Translations under genes and position numbers: made by a program
Assembly (NCBI GenBank): GCA_046349935.1
Contig: JAXMBK010000009.1
Span: 346,043 to 378,042 of the forward strand
Source of the DNA: Pirellulales bacterium
Lineage (GTDB): Bacteria > Planctomycetota > Planctomycetia > Pirellulales > Pirellulaceae
Direction of reading: 5' to 3'
DNA length: 32,000 nucleotides
Notes under the pieces: model-generated
Database searches by the model: none
What the model was told of the DNA's origin: nothing
What the model saw: only the letters and a program-made list of their open reading frames with translations
Part shown: piece after piece, positions 26,088 through 32,000 of the stretch
Layout of the letters: the number at the start of each line of letters is the position of its first letter
Numbering within the stretch: position 1 is the first letter of the stretch

Positions 26088-27827
26088 ATGCTCCGTCTTC
26101 GCCCGACCTCGCTGCTGCACCTCGTCGTTGCGTTTACGAGCGTCTGGTCGGCATCCGCCGCCGCACAATCCGCCGCCGCCGAAAAACACGTTCCGCGGAA
26201 ACCGAATGTTCTCTTGATCTGCGTCGACGACTTGAAGCCGGCGCTCCGTTGCTACGGCGATTCACTCGCGCATACCCCGAACTTGGATCGGTTGGCCCAA
26301 CGAGGCGTGCTGTTTGAGCGTGCGTATTGCAACCAGGCCGTCTGTTCGCCGTCGCGCAACGCGCTGCTCACCGGACTCCGCCCCCAGACGCTCGGCATCT
26401 ACGACCTTCCCACGCATTTCCGTCGCGCGGCGCCTGACGCACACACGATCGGACAACACTTTCGCGCGCAGGGGTATCGCACCGAGTCGCTCGGCAAGAT
26501 CTTCCATGTCGGACACGGCAATCAAGATGACGCGGCTTCGTGGAGCGTCCCGTCATGGAAGCCCAAGGGCAAAGGGTACGCTCTTCCCGAGAATCAAGCG
26601 CCGCCAGGCAATAAGGCGCAGGACGCCGATTGGCGCGGGGCAGCCTACGAGTCGGCTGAAGTACCTGACAGCTTCTACGGCGACGGACAAATCGCCGACG
26701 AAGCCATCCGGCGACTGCAGGTCGCTGGGGAGAAGCCCGACGAACCCTTTCTCCTGGCAGTCGGTTTTCTCAAGCCGCACCTTCCGTTCGTGGCGCCGAA
26801 AAAGTACTGGGATCTTCATCCGCTCGCAAAGTTTTCGGTCGCGGCCGTTCGCAACCCGCCGCAAGGCGCGCCAACCTACGCACCGCAATTCGGCGGAGAA
26901 CTACGGCAGTACAAGGACGTACCAACAGGCCCGCTCGCCGACCTTTGGCAACAGACGCTCATCCAGGGCTACTACGCCGCCGTCAGCTACATGGACGCCC
27001 AGCTCGGTCGAGTCCTCGATGAACTTGACCGACTTCAACTAACCGACGACACGATTATCGTCCTCTGGGGCGACCATGGTTGGCACCTCGGCGATCATGG
27101 CATGTGGTGCAAGCATACGAACTACGAGCAAGCGGCGCGCATCCCGCTGATCGTGGCGGCGCCCGCGGGTGCCCGTGCAGCCCGTTCGTCGGCGCTGGTC
27201 GAAACGGTCGATCTTTTTCCAACTCTCGCTCAGCTCGCCGACCTTCCCGCCCCGGCGCAAATCGACGGCCGGAGTTTCGCGAGTCTCCTCACTCGCCCCG
27301 ACGCTGCGCATCGCGATCACGTCATTCACGTCTACCCGCGCAGCGTCAAGGAGCGGGGCCAGGTGCTGGGACGCGCGATCCGTACAGAGCGCTACCGCTT
27401 GGTGGAATGGAAGGCGTTCGACGATCCAACGGGGAAGGTCGACTACGAGTTGTACGACTACCAGTCTGATCCGCTCGAGACGAGAAACCTGTACCACGAC
27501 CAGCCCGAGGCCGCTGCGCCGCTTCGAGCTTTGCTCGCTCAACACCCGCCCGCCAAACCGCAGGTGTCCGGTGCGGCGAAGAAACAGGCATCGAAAAAGG
27601 CCGACTCGAAGGACGCCGCTCCAAAACCGGCTGCCGAGCCAGATCGCAACGCTCTCTTCGACCGCCGCGACAAAGACCGCGACGGCAAGCTCACTCGCGA
27701 CGAATTCCTCGTCAACCAACCCGACCCTGATGAGGCCCCCGCTCGCTTCCACCGCTTCGACGCTGACGGAGACGGGGTCCTCAGTCGTCAAGAATTCGTG
27801 AACCCAGTGCCGGCGAAGCGTCCCTGA
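26088..27827 (+). CDS. Type I sulfatase (iduronate-2-sulfatase-like) with Lys/Ala/Pro linker and C-terminal EF-hand pair
   Basis: A signal peptide is present. Sulfatase blocks are PNVLLICVDDLKPALRCYGD, NQAVCSPSRNALLTGLRP and IIVLWGDHGWHLGDHG. The C-terminus has DKDRDGKLTRDE and DADGDGVLSRQE, both canonical 12-residue EF loops. Confidence 0.9.
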   Translation: MLRLRPTSLLHLVVAFTSVWSASAAAQSAAAEKHVPRKPNVLLICVDDLKPALRCYGDSLAHTPNLDRLAQRGVLFERAYCNQAVCSPSRNALLTGLRPQTLGIYDLPTHFRRAAPDAHTIGQHFRAQGYRTESLGKIFHVGHGNQDDAASWSVPSWKPKGKGYALPENQAPPGNKAQDADWRGAAYESAEVPDSFYGDGQIADEAIRRLQVAGEKPDEPFLLAVGFLKPHLPFVAPKKYWDLHPLAKFSVAAVRNPPQGAPTYAPQFGGELRQYKDVPTGPLADLWQQTLIQGYYAAVSYMDAQLGRVLDELDRLQLTDDTIIVLWGDHGWHLGDHGMWCKHTNYEQAARIPLIVAAPAGARAARSSALVETVDLFPTLAQLADLPAPAQIDGRSFASLLTRPDAAHRDHVIHVYPRSVKERGQVLGRAIRTERYRLVEWKAFDDPTGKVDYELYDYQSDPLETRNLYHDQPEAAAPLRALLAQHPPAKPQVSGAAKKQASKKADSKDAAPKPAAEPDRNALFDRRDKDRDGKLTRDEFLVNQPDPDEAPARFHRFDADGDGVLSRQEFVNPVPAKRP

Positions 27828-27861
27828 GCCGAGAGTACGTTCCTCGCTACGGAGGTCTTCG

Positions 27862-28707
27862 TTGAAGAACTGCATATCGTTCCTCATCCTCCTCGCTTCC
27901 ATTTCATCTTGTGGAGCGACGGAGCCTTTCGACTCATCGCTCATCAGACCGCGAGCGACATTCTTCACTTCCCGCCTCCAAGACGCTCGCACCTGCGAAG
28001 GAACCTACCCGCATCATTTGCAAGGCATCTGCGCAGCTAAAGAAGCCCTCTATTGGTCGTTCACCACGACGCTGGTGAAGACCGACCTCAACGGCAAGCT
28101 GCTGCAGAAAACGCCGGTCGCCAACCATCACGGCGACCTCTGCTTCCATGATGGAAAACTCTACGTCGCCGTGAACCTCGGCAAGTTCAACGATCCGCTT
28201 GGGAACGCCGATTCGTGGGTCTACGTCTACGACGCCGACTCCCTGAAGGAATCGGCCCGACACAGAATCCCAGACGTGTTTCACGGTGCGGGCGGCATCG
28301 GAGTTCGCGACGGCCGCTTCTTCGTCGTGGGCGGCTTGCCGGACGGCGTCCAAGAAAACTACGTCTACGAGTACAACTCCAAGTTTCAGCTTCAGAAGAA
28401 ACATGTCATCCGCAGCGGCCACACGCACTTGGGCATTCAAACCGCCGCGTTCGCCCACGATCGCTGGTGGTTTGGGTGCTACGGCGAACCGAAGATCCTG
28501 CTCGTCGCGGACGCTGACTTTCAATTGCAGGGGCGGTACGAGTTCGACTGTTCGCTGGGGATCGAGGGACTTCCCGACGGCCGACTGCTCGCGGCGAATG
28601 GGGAGTGCAAACAAGGCAAAGACTGTACCGGCAGCATCCAAATCGCGGCGCCCGATGAAAAGACCGGGCTACGCTACGTGAATTCCCAGGAAAACGCCTC
28701 GAAGTGA
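27862..28707 (+). CDS. Secreted or lipoprotein-like hypothetical protein (possible beta-propeller-like fold)
   Basis: TTG start, with GGAGG six nt upstream. MKNCISFLILLASISSCGA has a lipobox-like ISSC. I recognise no family. The 5' end is noticeably less GC-rich than its surroundings. Confidence 0.6.
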   Translation: MKNCISFLILLASISSCGATEPFDSSLIRPRATFFTSRLQDARTCEGTYPHHLQGICAAKEALYWSFTTTLVKTDLNGKLLQKTPVANHHGDLCFHDGKLYVAVNLGKFNDPLGNADSWVYVYDADSLKESARHRIPDVFHGAGGIGVRDGRFFVVGGLPDGVQENYVYEYNSKFQLQKKHVIRSGHTHLGIQTAAFAHDRWWFGCYGEPKILLVADADFQLQGRYEFDCSLGIEGLPDGRLLAANGECKQGKDCTGSIQIAAPDEKTGLRYVNSQENASK

Positions 28708-29603
28708 TCCACATCGTCTCTCGCTTTCGACTCGGACGACGTGCTTTCCTGCACCATGGGACGCTCGTACTGACCGCCGCTGCGCTCGTGGACGCCGACC
28801 TGCTCGCCGCGGACGAAGCCTCGCACTTGCGAATCGGACTCGTCACCGACCTGCACTACGCCGACAAGGCGCCTGCCGGGACTCGGCACTACCGCGACAC
28901 GCTCGCCAAACTCGAAGACGCGGGTCGCCAGTTCGACCGCTTCCGGCCGTCGTTCGTCGTGGAGCTCGGCGATTTCATCGACGCGGCGGATTCGGTCGAC
29001 GTAGAACGGAATTACCTCCAGACGATCAATCGCAATTTCGCGACCCTCTGCCAAGAGCGCCATTACGTCTTAGGCAATCACTGCGTCGACACCTTGAAAA
29101 AGGAAGAGTTTCTGGGCGGCGTCGAGCAAGAGCGGGCGTATTACTCGTTCGACCGCAGCGGCGTTCATTTCATCGTGCTGGATGCTTGCTTCCGGAGCGA
29201 CGGCCAGCCGTATGGTCGCAGGAATTTCCAGTGGACCGACGCCAACGTGCCGGCAGCGGAACTCGAATGGTTGGCAGCCGACCTCCAGGCGAACGTCAAG
29301 CCGGTCGTCGTCTTCGCCCACCAGCGGCTCGACGTGAACAACCACTATGGCGTGAAGAACTGCGCCGCCGTCCGCCAGATCTTGGAATCGTCGAAGCGCG
29401 TCTTGGCTGTCTTCCAAGGGCACAGCCATCAGAACGCCCTGCAAGAGATCGGCGGCATCCACTACTGCACGTTGGCGGCGATGATTGAAGGCGCGGGCGT
29501 CGAGAACAACGGTTACTCGCTCTTGGAAATCGAACCGAACGGTACGCTCCGCCTCACCGGATTTCGCAAACAGAGCTCGTATCGATGGGAGCGTGGGACA
29601 TGA
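28704..29603 (+). CDS. Calcineurin-like metallophosphoesterase with Tat signal
   Basis: The GTG start overlaps the previous stop (GTGA). RRAFLHHGTLVLTAAALV is the Tat signal. Metallophosphoesterase motifs are GLVTDLHYAD, ELGDFID, LGNHC, VFAHQRL and GHSHQN. Confidence 0.85.
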   Translation: MIHIVSRFRLGRRAFLHHGTLVLTAAALVDADLLAADEASHLRIGLVTDLHYADKAPAGTRHYRDTLAKLEDAGRQFDRFRPSFVVELGDFIDAADSVDVERNYLQTINRNFATLCQERHYVLGNHCVDTLKKEEFLGGVEQERAYYSFDRSGVHFIVLDACFRSDGQPYGRRNFQWTDANVPAAELEWLAADLQANVKPVVVFAHQRLDVNNHYGVKNCAAVRQILESSKRVLAVFQGHSHQNALQEIGGIHYCTLAAMIEGAGVENNGYSLLEIEPNGTLRLTGFRKQSSYRWERGT

Positions 29604-31114
29604 GAGACAACTCGAGCCGCCGCGGCCCGTTCGCCCGCCACGTCGCCTGGGCCTTAGCAATCTTCGTCGGGATGAGTGCGGGGCGACTTGCCGCCGCCGC
29701 GCCGCCGAACATCGTGTTCATCCTGGCCGACGACTTGGGTTACACCGACGTCGGTTGCTACGGCAGTCGCTACTACGAGACGCCGAACATCGATCGCCTT
29801 GCGTCGCAAGGGCTCAAGCTCGCCGCGCATCACCACTGTCAGAATTGCACGCCGACTCGAGCGGCCATCATGAGCGGCCAGTATGGCGCTCGCACCGGGG
29901 TTTACACGGTCGGCGGCATCGATCGGTTCAACTGGCAAGAGCGACCGCTGCGCCCCGTCGACAACGTCGTCAACCTGCCGCTCGACCGCGTCACTGTCGC
30001 CCAACAGTTGCAGGCGGCCGGCTACGTCACCGGGCTGTTCGGCAAATGGCATCTCGGCGAACGAGGCGATCACCATCCCGCGCGGCGGGGCTTCCACGAA
30101 GCGATCGTCACGGCCGGCAAACATTTTCAGTTTGAAACGAACCCCAAGGTCGATTATCCGGCTGGACAATACTTGGCCGATTTCCTTACCGATCGCGCCG
30201 TCGACTTTGTGCGTCGCCATCGCTCCGAGCGATTTTTTCTGTACCTCCCCCACTTCGGCGTTCATTCGCCGCACGATGCCAAACCTGAACTGATCGCGCG
30301 GTTCAAGGACAAGCCGGCCGTCGGCGGTCACAACCATCCGGTCTACGCCGCCATGATCGCGAGCGTCGATGAAAGCGTAGGTCGCATCCTCCAGACGCTC
30401 GACGAACTTCAACTGTCCCAAAACACGGTGGTGATTTTTGCGAGCGACAACGGCGGCGTCGGCGGGTACGTCCGCGAGGGAATCAGGAAGGGAGGCGACG
30501 TCACCGACAACGCGCCTCTGCGCAGCGGCAAAGGCAGCCTTTACGAAGGAGGAACTCGCGTGCCATTCATTGTCCGCTGGCCCGGCGTGGTTCCCCCTGG
30601 GGCCGTATGCGACGCGCCGACCATCCATGTCGACCTCTATCCCACGTTCCTCGACCTCGCCTCCGCCCCTCGCCCCGCTCAGCCGCTCGATGGCGAAAGC
30701 CTCGTCCCCCTCTTCCGCGAACCTACGGCCAAGCTACAGCGCGACGCCATCTTTCAGCATTTCCCCGGCTACTTGGGCGCGGGCCCCGGCCAATGGCGGA
30801 CGACGCCCGTGAGTCTCATCCAGAGCGGCGACTGGAAGCTCATGGAGTTTCTCGAGGACGGTCGTCTGGAACTGTACAACTTGCGCGACGACGTCGGCGA
30901 ATCAAAGAACCTCGCGACGACGCACCTTGACAAAGCGGCCGAGTTGCACGCGCGACTTGTGGCTTGGCGCAAGACTGTAAACGCCCCGATGCCGACGCGG
31001 AACGACTCGCCGACGGCGGCCAATTCGAAGAAGGCTGGCAAGAAGGCGGCGAAGGCGGCGGGCCAGGGGCCAGGAAAGAAGAAGGCGGCGAAGGCGGCAG
31101 CGGGCGAAGATTAA
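29600..31114 (+). CDS. Type I sulfatase (GALNS / arylsulfatase-like) with Lys/Ala-rich C-terminal tail
   Basis: ATG 29600 overlaps the previous TGA (ATGA); an in-frame ATG at 29585 is an alternative. Sulfatase blocks are PNIVFILADDLGYTDVGCYG, CQNCTPTRAAIMSGQY (CTPTR), GKWHLG and VVIFASDNGG. The tail reads KKAGKKAAKAAGQGPGKKKAAKAAAGED. Confidence 0.9.
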   Translation: MRDNSSRRGPFARHVAWALAIFVGMSAGRLAAAAPPNIVFILADDLGYTDVGCYGSRYYETPNIDRLASQGLKLAAHHHCQNCTPTRAAIMSGQYGARTGVYTVGGIDRFNWQERPLRPVDNVVNLPLDRVTVAQQLQAAGYVTGLFGKWHLGERGDHHPARRGFHEAIVTAGKHFQFETNPKVDYPAGQYLADFLTDRAVDFVRRHRSERFFLYLPHFGVHSPHDAKPELIARFKDKPAVGGHNHPVYAAMIASVDESVGRILQTLDELQLSQNTVVIFASDNGGVGGYVREGIRKGGDVTDNAPLRSGKGSLYEGGTRVPFIVRWPGVVPPGAVCDAPTIHVDLYPTFLDLASAPRPAQPLDGESLVPLFREPTAKLQRDAIFQHFPGYLGAGPGQWRTTPVSLIQSGDWKLMEFLEDGRLELYNLRDDVGESKNLATTHLDKAAELHARLVAWRKTVNAPMPTRNDSPTAANSKKAGKKAAKAAGQGPGKKKAAKAAAGED

Positions 31115-31123
31115 CCAAGGTGC

Positions 31124-32000
31124 ATGGTGATGCGCAAACTTCGAGCGGTCGTGGTGGGAACTGGCTTCATCGGGCCCGTCCATGTCGAGGCGCTGCGGCG
31201 AGCAGGCGTCGAGGCGGCCGGCATCGTCGGCTCCACGCCGGAGAAATCGCGCGAGGCCGCTCAGCGACTCGGCATCGACTCCCCGATCGCGACGCTCGAC
31301 GACGCACTCGCCGATCCCACGATCGACGCCGTGCACTTAGCGACTCCTAACCGCTTCCACTTCGCGCAGACGGCCGCCGTGCTGGCCGCCGGCAAACACG
31401 TCGTCTGCGAGAAGCCGCTCGCCATGACGACCCGCGAATCGGCCGAGTTGGTGCGGTTGGCCGGCGAGGCCCAGGTCGCGGCGGCAGTCGCCTACAACAT
31501 TCGCTTCTATCCGCTATGCGTCGAGGCGGCGGAGCGATTCCAAAGCGGCGAGTGCGGCGACTTGCTGCACGTCCATGGTTCGTACGTGCAAGACTGGCTG
31601 CTGCGTTCGACTGATTTCAATTGGCGAGTGCTCGCGCAGGAGGGAGGCGAACTGCGCGCGGTGGCGGACATCGGCACCCATTGGCTCGACCTCGTGCAGT
31701 TCATCACAGGGCGTTCGATCGTCGCCGTTTGCGCCGACCTGCGAACCGTACACGATGTGCGGCACGCACCGCTGGGCGGTCGACAGACCTTTAAGTCGGC
31801 CGACGGGGAGACTACGAGCCGTAGCGATCACGATGGGGACGACCGCAGCAGGGCGATTGCCATCGACACCGAGGATTGCGGATCGGTTTTGCTGCGTTTC
31901 GCCGACGGCGCCAACGGCTGCCTTTGGGTTTCGCAAACGACCGCCGGCCGCAAGAACTGTTTGCGGTTTGAATTGTCGGGCGCACGAAAATCGCTGGCTT
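31124..32000 (+). CDS. Gfo/Idh/MocA-family oxidoreductase, 5' part; runs off the window
   Basis: Absent from the ORF track because it has no stop in the window. My translation reads MVMRKLRAVVVGTGFIGPVHVEALRRAGVEAAGIVG...AAGKHVVCEKPLAMT (Rossmann plus EKP motif). ATG 31130 is an alternative start. Confidence 0.85.
   Translation, partial: MVMRKLRAVVVGTGFIGPVHVEALRRAGVEAAGIVGSTPEKSREAAQRLGIDSPIATLDDALADPTIDAVHLATPNRFHFAQTAAVLAAGKHVVCEKPLAMTTRESAELVRLAGEAQVAAAVAYNIRFYPLCVEAAERFQSGECGDLLHVHGSYVQDWLLRSTDFNWRVLAQEGGELRAVADIGTHWLDLVQFITGRSIVAVCADLRTVHDVRHAPLGGRQTFKSADGETTSRSDHDGDDRSRAIAIDTEDCGSVLLRFADGANGCLWVSQTTAGRKNCLRFELSGARKSLA

Overview
High-GC chromosomal segment whose gene content looks planctomycete (Pirellulales-like; inference from content only). 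It carries five type I sulfatases, a GH5-like hydrolase, Gfo/Idh/MocA oxidoreductases, a DUF1552 / DUF1592-type gene pair, and many Tat or Sec signal peptides. I saw no rRNA, tRNA or CRISPR. Most of the long Arg/Ala-rich ORFs in the six-frame track are antisense or out-of-frame shadows of real genes. Two real genes are missing from the track because they run off the window edges: a sulfatase at 1-1356 (-) and an oxidoreductase at 31124-32000 (+). The main candidate is a same-strand three-gene cluster at 20353-25408. It encodes a GYF-TIR-TM-Sel1 receptor-like protein with the putative catalytic Glu intact, a 94-aa stand-alone RyR-domain protein, and (3 nt further on) a 2-TM protein with two Rossmann RCK/TrkA-N modules and a C-terminal RyR-like pair. 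I read it as a possible Thoeris-like TIR signalling or defence module with a new membrane effector. This is a hypothesis, not a demonstrated system. Other points of interest: a frameshift-decayed IS4-superfamily element flanked by perfect 54-bp direct repeats and inserted into a palindrome; a 3.3-copy 123-bp tandem repeat with one hairpin per unit between convergent genes; REP-like palindromes with 3-nt loops, one showing a compensatory double change; a secreted Gly/His/Met-rich repeat protein; a sulfatase with a non-canonical CSVSR active-site motif; and a sulfatase with a C-terminal EF-hand pair.
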